DNA of 64,000 nt from Kudoa neothunni (Eukaryota; Animalia; Cnidaria), in the NCBI GenBank assembly GCA_964304625.1, contig OZ199838.1:15678581-15742580 (forward strand), read 5' to 3'. A program made the translations under genes and the position numbers. A model generated the notes under the pieces. That model worked only from the letters and a program-made list of their open reading frames with translations. It made no database searches and was not told the origin of the DNA. Shown here piece after piece: positions 36,538-49,897 of this stretch. Each line of letters begins with the position of its first letter. Position 1 is the first letter of the stretch.

Positions 36538-39500
36538 ATGTATATTTCAAAGGTTTGAGCATATAATTATTGATGTTACTTTTATCATTTATATCTCAAT
36601 TAGATTATTATCAACGGATTTAAAAGTTATTCATGTGGTATAGAATTAGACGAACTGAGTCCTCACATCAATGTGATAAGTAAGTGTTGAATTATACTTT
36701 GTTGAGTTTCTTATTTTTGGTATAGTTGGAAATAACGGTTCTGGTAAAAGTAATTTATTAGCAGGTAATTCAACATCTTAATTTTAAAGTTCTAATTGTC
36801 TACATGTCTCTCCCAATTATAGCAATACAATTCGTATTGACCGATGATTATGATAATTTGCGAAATGAGGAAAGGCTTTTGTTATTTCATGTAAACCAAT
36901 AGAAAAAAATTGAATGAAATTAATTTAATAATTGATTAATTAATTGATTAATTAATTAGGAAGGTGTTGGTCCCCAAGTGACAACCACGTCTGTAGAATT
37001 AGTATTTGAGAATAGCAAACGGCGTTTGCCTGTAAGTTGTTGTTGTTGCTGTTGTTGTTGTGTTGAATAATCACTCTATAAACCTAGTTCGATCAACAAT
37101 ATGTCTCGTTGAAACGTGTATTAACCTGAAAACCGATCAATATTATGTTGAAAATAAGTTGGTGAAAAAACAAGATATTACCAACATATTGGAGGGTGCC
37201 GGTATCTCCAAGTCCAACAATTACTACATTGTAAAGCAAGGCAAAATCACCCAATTGGCAGTAGCACAGGACAGTGGAAGGCTAAAATTGTTGCATCAAA
37301 TTGCTGGGGCTAAAATATTCGACGAGAAAAAGGCCGAAAGTGACTCTATATTGAAGGATACATTCGCAAAAAGACAGCAAATTGATCAATTTGTCGATGA
37401 GATTGAAGAAAAATTGCAAAATTTAGAATGCGAGAAAGGCGAATTGTTCCAGTTCAATAAACTTTCCACCAATAAAAACACCATTGAATATTGCATGCAT
37501 GAGCGAGAGTTGATGGAACTTGAGGAAAAGTATGAACAACTTGTGACAACTATCACCGATCATGAACTCAAATACTCCGACGCTATCTCCACCTATGAGG
37601 AGGTTTGTGAGCGATGCAAGGTGATTTTATTGATATTGTTATGTAACAGATATAAATTTTTTTGATTTTATTTGATTTTGTTTGATTAATAACAGGAATT
37701 ACATTCTATGCAAAACCAAGCCATCGAACGAAACAACACAATAACAATAGAGTTAACATCATTGAATAAAGAGAGACACAAAGAACTAGGTCAAAGAATT
37801 ACTCAACTCAAACTTCAACTCTCAACTCTCAAAGATCAAGCAACTGATATGGTTAGTGATTGTTATTTCCTGTTGATTTCATCTATTCTCATTCCTCAAG
37901 GATTGTGATAAGGCTTTTGATACCAATTCGATTCGTAATAGAATCAACTTGTTGGAAAAGAAACTAAACGATGAGATTAAAATAAAATACGATCAACTTT
38001 GTGAACAAGAGTTACTTATCAAAAATGAAATACGCAACCAAGAAGCCGCCAAACTAGCTAGATATATTGTTTCTGACAAGACCAACAAATTCTCTTCAAA
38101 GGGTCAACGCGATCTTTGGTTGAAATCAGTATGCTCAATTGATGCAATCACGAAATTTTTTATCTTGCATCACGTCAATTTAGGAATTAAAGAAGCTATC
38201 CAAAAATAAAGATGAAGTCTCAATCCAACTCCAAACCCACAGCTCACAACTCCAACAACTTGAAGCCAATTCAAGACGATTGAGATCGCAAATGCAAGTA
38301 CCACCCTCAAAGTCAGACTGAATTTTAATCATTTTCTGTCGATAGGTCAGTGAAAGTGCTACTCAAACAGACAATTCAGATCGTGATGAGCTCACAGAGT
38401 TAAAGTTGCTACTCAAAGAAGAAGCTGAGCTAAAATCAGAACATCACAAGATTATTATGGATAAAAAGTAACGGTCTTACTGTTTTTATTCAAGAGTGTG
38501 TTATATCTATTAGCGACGCTTGTCGAAATGAGCTAGTTCAAATTGAGCTAGTCAACAACCTTAGAAATAGTTTCACCAAAAATGTGAAAACCTTCCAAAA
38601 ATTCATGTCTCGAGTAGGTTTTTTCTTATGTTGAATTTTAGTTGAGCTTTTAAAGAGTGTATATATGGGCATGGAATCGTTAGATAAACTTGCACAAAAA
38701 TATAGTCTAAATCACCATGGTTATTTGATCGATAATATTCAATTCGACGCAGAATTTGAAACTGTGGTTCAAATTACCGCCGGAAACTATTTGTTTAATG
38801 TTATTGTGGATGATGAAAAGGCAGCATCGGATATATTAGCATTATTCAACAGGGAAAACCTACCAGGAGAAATTTCGTTTATTCCACTCAACAAAATTAG
38901 ACCCTCAACTTCTAATTTCAAATACACTGAACAAATGGAACATTATTGCGTTCCACTCAGCACACATATCACTATAGATAATAGTTTGCATGCAGGGGAA
39001 CAGGTCTTCCAACTGGTATTTGCAACACCATCCTTTGTAAAGATCTCGAGACAGCTTCAAACCTCTCCAAACAACACAAAATCAACGGTATAACTCTTGA
39101 AGGTAAATTGAATGATTGCAATTTTTTAATGCACTCAATAATCCACTATCTCAATACGCAATCATTTAAATTAAGGCGATAGAGCTACTTATAAAGGCAC
39201 CCTTATGGGAGGTTACATCAACAAATCCTACTCAAAAATAGCAAATTATCGACAAATGGTCGATTCGAACAAACAACTACGTTACGAAGAAAATAGGTTG
39301 GTCGAATTACGCCGCACTATAGATTGTAATTGTGTAGGACTGTTTGTATGGATTTAGTTTTATTATTCTAGCATATGAGAATAGGCTAGATTCTTTGAAT
39401 GTAAAAACACAAAAGCTCAGAAAGACTATTCAACAAATAGAGTAATAGTCTCTTTTAGCGATTGTTGTTTAATTGTAGAGATTAAAAGGCAAAAACGTAA

Positions 39501-42500
39501 TTTACAAAAAGAAAGGTACAGTCTATTGAAAGAAGAACAAAATAATGTGGACAAAGCTACAAAGAATAAGGTTCGATTTTTTGTTATTTAATTACTTTAG
39601 TAGTTGTTATAACCTAATTGTAATTTATCATTAAATCTTAATAGGTTGAAGTGACTCTTGAAATTAACTCAATTAGATAATTTTAATTGTCTCCAGATAT
39701 GTTGTTATCTCATTGTTGATAATTACAAGTCATTTCATATCTTTAATTTTAGAATGAATTGTGGTACTAATATTTAATTATTTACTTTGTGTTGATATAA
39801 TTATTAAGGTAATTAGACAATTGACCATTAATTATGCTATGGTATAAATTGTTTAATGTGTTTTTTAATTATGTAATTTTATGATTGCCTTAATTCGCTA
39901 CCAACGGAATCCATTGTTTAAGTTTTGATTGTTTAATTTGATAATTGGATAATTTCTATAATGATATTACAAAATCAAATTGTACTTGATTTTTTTCGAA
40001 TACTTTTTATTTATAAATGTTGTGCATTGATTGAGTTAATTTGGTAATTAGATTATCTCTTATTGACTAGGGTTCTAATTATTTAATTCATTTTCGTTAA
40101 TTATTTAATTGTCATTGGAATCGACAGTTCCAATTTTAGTGGTCAAATTTGTTAAATAGCTTATTACTATGGTGATGATATGGAGTGAATTCAAATTAGT
40201 GATTCTCAATTAAAAAAGTCAATTTTTTATAATTGTTTCATGCAAGTCGATTTAAATGTAAAATTTGACAATTTCCTTATTGTATTATTTAGTAATTAAT
40301 GGTGGTTACCATTGTTGTAAGCGCAGTTTTTATATGTGAAAATTGGCTTGTTACCATAATGTGTGTATAATAATTAATACATATTACATATTCTTAGATC
40401 GAAGTTATTTAAAGGCGTGATAATTGTATGAACCTATATTTACGTTTTTATAAAATGCATTCGTTAATTTAACATTTTAAGAATTATTGTTGTTGAATTC
40501 TGAAATATAATCATATTAATGCGAAATTTTTTGTTGCTATAGTTACACACATCAACTTATTCGTAAGGTCGTTTTCCCTTTCATCTTGGCTCATCTTAGT
40601 TTTTGCTCCCCTCTCAGAGTAAAGCCAATAGATGGAACTTGGTTAAAATAAGATGATTAATATAATAGTACTAATATGATTAGGTAACTCTGAATTAAAT
40701 GAAAAAATAAGTATACGAACTTCTACTTTAAGCATGAAGTTTGCAAGTGAAAAAGGACTATTATTTCAAAAATTAGCAACAGTATTAAGTTCGGTAAAAT
40801 GTTTTTATAGTTAATTGTATCTATTCATTCTAATCAAATAATTACGCAGTAGTTTCAGAATTCACATATTTATGTTCTATAGCGGGGGTTCTCAACAGTT
40901 TGTTCTATTTTACCCCCTTAACTTGGAAACCAAATTCATATTTACTTTAAGGTTTTATACTGATTCAGCTATAGCAGAGGCTATTTGAGGGATAAATTCT
41001 GGTCCTAAAAAGCGCGTACGCTTGCATAATGACAATTTTTAATCCCGTCCACCCTTGTTCACAAACTGTATACAGATTTTATGTTTTAGATTTTGCTAAA
41101 TAAAATCATTTCTTTCCTAAACTTTTGCACTTAGGGAATAGAAATAATTAAAAATAGTCATTTTGAATATTATTATTATTAATTATTATTATTATTATTA
41201 GACTAAGGCACCATTAAAAGATAAACGAGATAAAACAAAGACACTAACTAAGAGTAGTTATACAAATAACTGTTAAAAACTTGTTCCTGACAACATTTTA
41301 AGAATTTTGGCCAAATTCTTATTGAGTTCAATAGCCCTGAATAATATAATTCCTTAGAAATCTGGAAGCACGTCACAAACCTATCATGCGAAAATTCTCC
41401 CTATCTAATTTTGATATTATTTAATTTACCTCTTGTCATTGAAATTTTATCCCTGCTTCAGAAACCCTGTTCTATAGGTTAGTGCAGAGGCTCTGAGCCG
41501 GAGATAAAATTTTGATGACGGAAGGTAAATAAGGTGACATCAAAATTGGATACGGGAAATTTCTGCATGTTGCGGTTTCTTACACACTTAAGGATTCCTA
41601 AGGAGTTATATTAATCAGGGCTATTAAACTTAATTAAAATGTTGGCAGAAATACTTATTTAACAACTAATTTTAAAATTAGAATCAGTCTCTTTCTTTTA
41701 TGCCCCATTTATCTTTTAGCAAAATAACCTAATAAAACTTAAATCTTTATACAACTATAAAGTAGATATGAATTCAGCTTCCAAGTTAAAATGGACACAT
41801 TTGTATTTTTCAACAGGCCGAGTGGGTAAATTAAAAATATCAGTAGAGAACCGCTGGTTTATTGAATAATTTACAATTTGAATAAATTGGGCTTTAACGT
41901 CAAGTTTGTAAACTTATATTGTTGTGGTAACTTACGTGGAATGTGACATAAGTTATGTCAGTATCAAAAATCTACTGTAAATCGATATTTATATTTTTGA
42001 AGGAAAGTTTTATCATTATTATTACGTTTTTAATTAGTTAAGTTTTTTGTTTCTTTAACTATTATCTATTATTTTGCATTGCTTAATGGTATATTGAAAT
42101 TTGTGCTATTAGCTAAATGAGGACACTTGGTTAAGATCCAAATTTATTAACATTAATTGAGTTGTTTGATAAAAAATTTGAATTCAACTGTAAATATATT
42201 TATTTTTAGTTTGAAGTGGTAACACTTTTGAAGGAAAAGATTGCGAATCTTGATTTGAACATTGCTAATTATAATCAAGAGTTGAATGAAAATTTTTCTA
42301 AAAATGAGAATCAATATGAGAACGAACAATTAATAAATAAACTAAACTCATCAATAAAAAGTTTAAACGAAAAGCTTTCTGCAATCACGGAAGAACGAAT
42401 TCAAGTATTATTGTCTTGTTGATCGTATTTAGATTTGATGGCGATATATATAATTTGGTGCAACCAAAATTTTTTATTAATATATTTTCTATAATTGGGT

Positions 42501-44106
42501 TAATAAAGATTAGTTAATAGAGAGGTAAATTTAGATCGAAAAACAAAAGTTTAGCATAGAAAATGAACTGACAAACAATCTCTATCTCAAAATAAAGGAT
42601 ATGTCGATGGAAAAATCTTCTACCTTGAAAAATGAGCAGACCGTGAATAGTTTATCAGCCGAACTGAGTATTCTGATGGATAGAGCCAATGAGATAGATC
42701 AGAGGATTGATGGTGATTATTGTTGTGTAGTTTTTGTTTGAAAGAAAAATACAAGATTTGAAAAAAAGTGCCGATTCAGAACAGAAAATCAATGACGATT
42801 CTATCAAACAGCTTGATCAATTGCAGGTACTTTCACATTCAAATAACTTATCAAATTACAACTCATTAAACAATATATTTTGTTTTTAGATTAAACGACA
42901 AAACGTAATGACCGAAAGAAATTCATTACAACAGAAGCTCGAATCACTTTCCACAAAAAAGCATGTTTATGCTACAAGGGTATATCTGTCACCCTTTTAA
43001 CTACAAATAATAACAATAGATTTTATTTTAACCTAGAAACATGAGATGAACAACAAGCTCAAATCGATTGATCCACTGGATCGATCTCGACTTGATGAGT
43101 TTCGTGGGAAACCTTTAAAAGAGGTAGTTAGTCTGCGCAACATTATTGATTTCATTGCACATAATTAATTTTATGAAAGTCTCCACTTATTTTTTATTAA
43201 ATTTTTCCCCTAGTTATGGAAAATGCTGAACCAAATAAACGACTCGTTAAACGAATTTTCTGGAATAAATAAAAAAGCTTATGAGCAGTATTTGGTTTTT
43301 TCTAGAAAAAAGGATAATCTTTTGAAACGAAAAACCGAATTAGACAAATCATACGATGTATGCTTGTGATGTAGAATAGTAAGAAATGTCATGTGTTATG
43401 GTTATGAATAGGCAATTGTCGATATGATGAGAAAGCTTGAGGAAAGAAAGAATCAAACCATCTACAAAACGTTCGATCAGTTATCACTTGAGTTCTCAAG
43501 TGTGTTCAGTGAATTGATTCCAAATGGTTTTGCAAAACTGTCGCTTGTGCATAAGACTCCCTCTAGCTCCACATTGACTACCAGCCAAGAAGACAACACC
43601 AACAGCGATCAAATCAATCATATTGTTGTAAACGACGGGAATGAAAGTGAACGCGAGCTTATAGGAATATCTATCAATGTTTCATTCAATTCCACTGATC
43701 ACCAGCAATTGGTCGAATCGTCTAAAATTAACACTTTATCTGGAGGACAAAAAACAGTTGTTGCACTCGCTCTTATTTTTGCCATGCAAAAATGTGATTC
43801 TTCTCCTTTCTACATATTGGATGAAATCGACCAAGCTCTCGACCCACAATATCGCTTTGGAGTTGCTAGTAAAGTCTTAAGTGTATCACAGTTGATCTTG
43901 ATTTTTCTTTAGAGATTATCAACAGACTATCGAAAAGGGCACAATTTATTGTAACTACCTTTAGCACTGAACTCGTTCCTTATGCCTCATGCACGTTTGG
44001 AGTGAGCTTCAGTGGTAAAGTTAGTCACATCAAGAAACTGAACGATAATGAGGTCAGCGAATATTTCGATAATACATCTACATCTACTGTTGAGATTCCT
44101 AGATGA
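36538..44106 (+). CDS. SMC3: Cohesin subunit SMC3, >20 exons, with apparent frame breaks near 37118, 39023 and 39442-39480
   Basis: GFKSY, Walker [24 protein letters not shown], hinge [23 protein letters not shown] / ITLEGD..GGY, NKKAYEQ, signature LSGGQK, Walker B/D-loop [23 protein letters not shown]. Confidence 0.96.
40883..41469 (+). mobile_element. hAT MITE family C copy with perfect 8-bp TSD, in the 2.6-kb SMC3 intron
   Basis: TTCTATAG at 40875-40882 and 41470-41477; termini CGGGGGTTCTC / AGAAACCCTG. Confidence 0.88.
41485..41856 (-). mobile_element. Second, older hAT MITE family C copy in inverted orientation
   Basis: Diverged reverse complement of the preceding copy; termini CAGAGGCTCT / GAGAACCGCTG; degenerate TSD GGTTAGTG / GTTTATTG (6 of 8). 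Confidence 0.8.
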
Positions 44107-45820
44107 ATTATCGATACGCTCACCTATTATAATTTATATTTCAGAGTTTTTTGATTTTTTTGTGTTCTATTATTCCCACGATAATAATTTCAAATAACAC
44201 AAAACATTAATTACTTCTACTTGATTTTGAAAATCAGCGATGATAGACTATTATTTTATAGTTCTGGAGATGATTTTAGAATATAAAATCAATATCACGT
44301 GATTATTTAATGGCCGTTTTTGGCTGTATTGATATTTAAACTAATACAAATGCTGTGAGTTTATGTAAGTCAAGCTTGAATATCCAAATTTGATTTTTGA
44401 AATGTAATGAAATTTTAAAATTTAATTTTGTCTTTGAATGGGGAAATTTTAAACTTGAGCATATCTAATTAGTAAGTTAAAACTCTCTAAATTTTATTTC
44501 TCAATTTTTATTTTCGAATTTTAAAGTTAATCATTATTTTTCTACATTGTAGTTATTTATGTTAATCAAAATATGCATTTACAATCTAAAATATAAATAA
44601 AGTATGAAAAGAACAGAAAAATTATGAATGTTCCAATTTTTAGAATAAAAATTATTGACCATATATGACCTTAACTATATGAGCAATCTAATTAACGATT
44701 AATATTTATTTATTAAACAAAACCATTAAATAAATTCAACGTATAATCTCCTGTTCTCCTGAAAAATTGCACGACAAAATTTAAAATTTTTAATTGTCTA
44801 ATTCTCGATTAATCCACGAGTGATATGAGAAGAAATAAATATAATAAACATAAGCTTCGTTGAAAAAGAGTAAAGTTAAATGTTACTCCTTCCTGATAAT
44901 TTTATGATTAATTTGAATCTATCGCTCAAAATCTGTGAGCGCTAAATTATGTCTTCGATATTAACACAATATTTGATTTTCGTATATACTAATCTTTTTA
45001 TACAAAAATAGTCCGGTTCATACAAATTAATTTGTAATAAAAAATATGAATTAATCTAAATGTGATTTTGATTTGAAAAATCCAGAAATGTTTCATCCTC
45101 AATTTGTTTTTTTCGAGGGGTCACTCCTGTTTATAGATAAATATACTGTTTGATTGTCTTGGAATAATTTGTTTGCATAAGTACTTTCAGATGATTTAAA
45201 TTTTTCCCGATTAAATTTATCTACAAGATTTGAAAAATGAGTCATCTTAAAAACTGTTATAAGCCACAAATTTTAAGAGAACTGTAATATCTCTTGTAAA
45301 TATGGCGTCATTACCTTCATCGGCCTAAAAATTAATTTAATCGGCATAAATAGATATGTAGAATTTTTATAATATTCTATTGTTAGAGTTAATTGCAGCG
45401 ACCACGCTAGATACAAGCACCATTAAAAAGCAATCAAAAATAACACGACATATTCTTCCAACACCGCTAAGTCGCTCCGTCTATTATTAATCTACCTCGA
45501 TTAGGACCTAACATCTGGACCTTAATTAACAAATCTTATTTATATTTAGGTTAAAATTTCAATCTAATTGGCTATCACTCTCTATTGAAAAAACATCAAT
45601 CCCAAACTGTTTCTTTTAAATTTGTTATTCTAAGTAGTGTATCATGAAATTACTTACTTCTGATAGCACTACTGATTTTATGAGTTATTACAAGTATATT
45701 AACGAAATTTTATAACCGTACCATCTTTTAAATGCATAATGAAGGCTGTGTTAAAAAAATTCCCCTCATTGCACATGTGTACTATTACAAACACACACAC
45801 AGGCCCTCGTCTTACATGTA

Positions 45821-46241
45821 GAGGGCAACCTCGGATTTCGACCATAATCCGTTCTAAAAGTGTGTACGAACTCCGAATAATGTTTTCCCATATAAAATAA
45901 TGGAAATCAGTTAAACCCATTACTGCGCATCAAAAAAATGACCATTTCTATTCTTATATATGAAAAAACATTCGTACCATGCATTTATAAGATATAACAA
46001 ATAAACATATATAATGGTAACAACGAAATATAGGATAAATATTTTTGGTTGACATGCGATAGATTATGATGGGTTATCTTTCGATGACGTTCTCACAATT
46101 CGGTTGGACGAACCTTCCAGAATTTCTTTTCTTCTCTGTTTTTGCTATATCAGGATTTTTTCTGAATTTCCTTCCTATACGTGATTGAACTCAAAAGTGT
46201 TTTTAACTCAATATTTTTGGTCGAACTCCGAGGTTACACTC
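45821..46241. mobile_element. pogo/Tigger-like MITE, family B copy 2
   Basis: TIR-like AACCTCGGATTTCGACCA / TGGTCGAACTCCGAGGTT; shares GAAATATAGGATAAATATTTTT and GATGACGTTC blocks with 7220-7662 in inverted orientation. Confidence 0.7.
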
Positions 46242-47329
46242 AATAGGGTTTCCTTCCTGAACTCGGCACTTTCCTGATTCTAACCATAATTTACATTTAA
46301 ACATTTAACTCCACATTAATAAATATTTTTTGATTTTTACGTTAGAAAAAAGATTAAAATAGAAAAAAATATGTTCTACTTTATGATTAAATCCATTTCG
46401 AGTGCCAAGAAAAGTTTTTTTATAGTCATTAATGAGCATCATCTAATTATTTGTATTTAAATTTAATTCTTAGAGACATTATAACCTAAAATGAGTCGCT
46501 TTTATATTAATATAAAATCTAGAAACCAAACCAAAGATTTCTTTAATAAAATACGGAGAAAAATGTGCGATGAACGCATAAAATAGTATAAAAACCTGAA
46601 TATGTTTGTTTAATATCATCGAAAATGGGATTTGAAACAGAATTCTCACATTCTATTAATTACATGCGGCGGATACTGAGCAAACTCATAGGCTACTAAG
46701 GTCGAGTGTTAGCAAAGAAATTATTCTAGAAGATAATCTAATTAAAGTATTAAATTTTAAGTTTTTTGTTTCTATATTTTAATAAGGCCGGAAATTTGTT
46801 AACAATTTTGTTAATGCCAGCATTTAATTTTAAGTTAGACGCTATCTGAAAAGTAATATTTAATTTATAAGATAATTGAATGAAGAAGAATAATTCGTAA
46901 ATCTAAAACATAATTTGTTAAGAACACAGCTTCGGTTATATAAAATAGTTTCATCATAAAATATTACAATAAACCAAATACAGTAGTGTATAGATGTAAC
47001 ACAGAAATTGAGAAGATGAAAACCACTGCGTTGTATCCATTTTTGCGCTGGACACATTCTAACAGAGAATGCATTCGTCCAAAAAGAACAGTTTTCCATC
47101 GATAATATAATCAATAATAAATGAATTTGAAGCAAAAATTAACTTGTATACTTTTTCTTATTAAAATACAATTCTATATTTGTTGTTCTTAAAAAACTGT
47201 TCAAATATTGAGTCAGCCATTTCAAGTTCGGTTTATATTGTGAGACATTGACAAAATTTTATTTAGAAAGAGTTTTCTAACTTTTTCCAATTAATATAGT
47301 TCCTTTTGGTGTGATATAATTATATCAAT

Positions 47330-48100
47330 TTAATCAGAGTCGTCATCAATCCTGTCAGAATCAGAAAAATCTGTTGTTGTCAAAATGTCGGAAGTGTTGA
47401 CTGTGTTGCTTTCAAACGTTTCTTCAATAAGATTTGTTAATTCTAGTGGTTTTTCCCCTTCTGTCAACTCAATTATGCCATGTTTAAATTGATCGTCATC
47501 GGAATCATTATCTAGTGGATTTTCAGAGAGGAAAAATGATTTCCTAAAGCAGTTAACGATGGTTTCCGTTCTAATTTATTCCCATATTTTTATCGTCCAA
47601 TGAATAACATCCAAAGCATTAATTACAATGTAACAAATATCTTGAAATTCGATCTGATGTATGAATGACGTTATTAGGTTTCTTTTGTGTATCATTTTAA
47701 AACTAATAATTCCTTGATCTAGTGGCTGTAGCACATTGATTGTGTTCGAAGGAAAGTAGCAATGTTACATTAGATCAATATTTTGTTGTGGGCTAAGAAA
47801 TTGCAGAGAAATAATAAAAATCTTTCTCATAGAAATAGCGAGTTGTCTATTCTATTTTTAAAAAAAAGACAAAAATGGAACTGGTCATTTAGACCTTTTT
47901 ATTATCGTGCTATTTTATTGGCTAATTTTTCCATCGCTTGGAAGTTAGAATCTTTATTATTTGATATGAACTCGTAAAACCTTATAATTTCAAGTTTTTT
48001 GTAGTGTAAAATGGTTTTGTTTCGCTAAAATTAACGCTCCATCCGTTATTTGTTGCAAAGTTCAGATTAAGCGCAGCGCTCGAGCCATTTCTGCGTTAAA
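47330..48100 (-). pseudogene. Tigger/pogo (DDE_1) transposase relic
   Basis: Minus strand ~47545-47760 reads YFPSNTINVLQPLDQGIISFK and INALDVIHW..IWE*IRTETIVNCFRK, then an acidic tail; contains stops and frameshifts. Confidence 0.85.
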
Positions 48101-48838
48101 TCCATACAGTAAGTTTTCAACCCTAATATTTTGTTGAAAACTAACTATTTATTGAAAAATTATCTATTTTGTATTGAACTATCAACTTAAATCTGAGTTA
48201 AAGCAAAATTAATAGTAAACAAGTAAATTTTTAAAAATTGCGTTGGAGCCATATTGCGTACGACCCGTACACTACTGTATATAACAAAATTTACAGCCAT
48301 TCTTGATTAAAAATTAATAATATAGTAGCTTGAAAAGGATTTTAACGTTCAAGTAGGAATTTTGGTCAGACCCGAAAAATGTCGAATTCAATTGCAAACG
48401 CACTGAGCTCAATCGCAAAGATTCCGAGTTCAATTGAGAAACCATATAAAGAGTAGATAGTTACTTAAAATCTATCGAGACTTGCTTTCATTTTATGAAA
48501 ACCTAAAATAATATGAATTGTTTGTTATTTCGCACCATTTTTTCGTATTAAATGGTGAGGTGTAAAATTTTTTTTAAAGATTATTGAAGAAAAATAGCAA
48601 CGGATATTGATGAACAAATATATACATTTGCAGAATAATCAATTTTTTTTTTGAACCACGATTCTCTATATCAAGAAAAATATGACGGTTTAGAAAATAT
48701 ATCCAGATTTACTTGTTTTTCAATCATATTATTTTAATTTATGGGAGTCTTAACCTACTTATCATTTTACCGTGGTTGTGAAATGAATCGATGATGTCAA
48801 TAGCTCAAATCCTGTATTAATTGGGGCCTGTTATTAAG

Positions 48839-49897
48839 ATGAAGATTTTTAGGAGAAAAAATTTGTTATTTGTATTTCTCATACCGATGATATTTATTTT
48901 CTGGTGTATACATTTCCTGTTAAGAAAAGATAATTCTCAGAAGCCTACTGAGCCCCAAAGCAATGATAAACAGGACAGTTATTGGGATAAACATCGTATA
49001 TACGCAAAATGCATGGAAATTATTTCTAAACCAAGCTCCACAAATCCAGATCGAATAATAATAAAAGATCCTGAGGTGATAATATTGGTTGATTCGGAAG
49101 TTGAAAATTACGAGTCAAGGTGTGCGATTCGTGCAACATGGTCCCATTACTCAACAAAACGCCTATCATATATAATGCCGTATGTGGTGTATTTTCAGCT
49201 TGGTTACAAGAACAACGAAAAATCTAATTTAGCTCAACATGAAAACAATTTATATCATGACCTCTTGATTTTCAATGACATCAAGGAAATATATTCCAAT
49301 GTTGGAGCTAAACTTACGGCGTCGTTGGATCATATCAATACAATGAATCTTCCCAATTTAAAGTACATTGTCAAAACAGATGATGATGTTTATGTTTCCA
49401 TTCAAAAATATCTGATACATTTGAAGAGTGTGATGAATATCACCGTAGATTATGAGGGATTACTGTAATTTCTAATTGGCTTTTTCGCTAATAACATTCT
49501 TTAATTAAGATTTGTTAATTCTCCATTTATACTGGATAAACGTAATAAAAACTACCAGCCACCAGTACCCTTTCTTAAAAATATTTTTCCACCATTTTGC
49601 TCCGGCCGTGGATACTTTATTAAGGCCACAAAATTGAATTGTCTCGTTTCGGCATCCAAAACACACGAAAATCTAATAAATGGCGATACAAACGTTGGTT
49701 ATTTGTTACAGTTTTGCAATGCAACCATGAAAAACAATAAAAACTATAGCTTTGATCCAATTTTCAATGAAGGTCTGGCCAGGGGTGTGGATCATATTCG
49801 AAAGAAAACTCCATTCTACTTCATGCATGGAATCCGAAAATATGATCAACTGGTATTTGACGATGTATTTCTAATGCAACACGGTATTACTATTTAA
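48839..49897 (+). CDS. GT31 family beta-1,3-galactosyl/GlcNAc-transferase, type II membrane protein, 2 exons
   Basis: N-terminal TM; RCAIRATW, E...YHDLL...E.Y.N, YIVKTDDDVYV, FPPFCSGRGY, HG motif. 44-nt intron 49466-49509 keeps frame. Confidence 0.9.
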
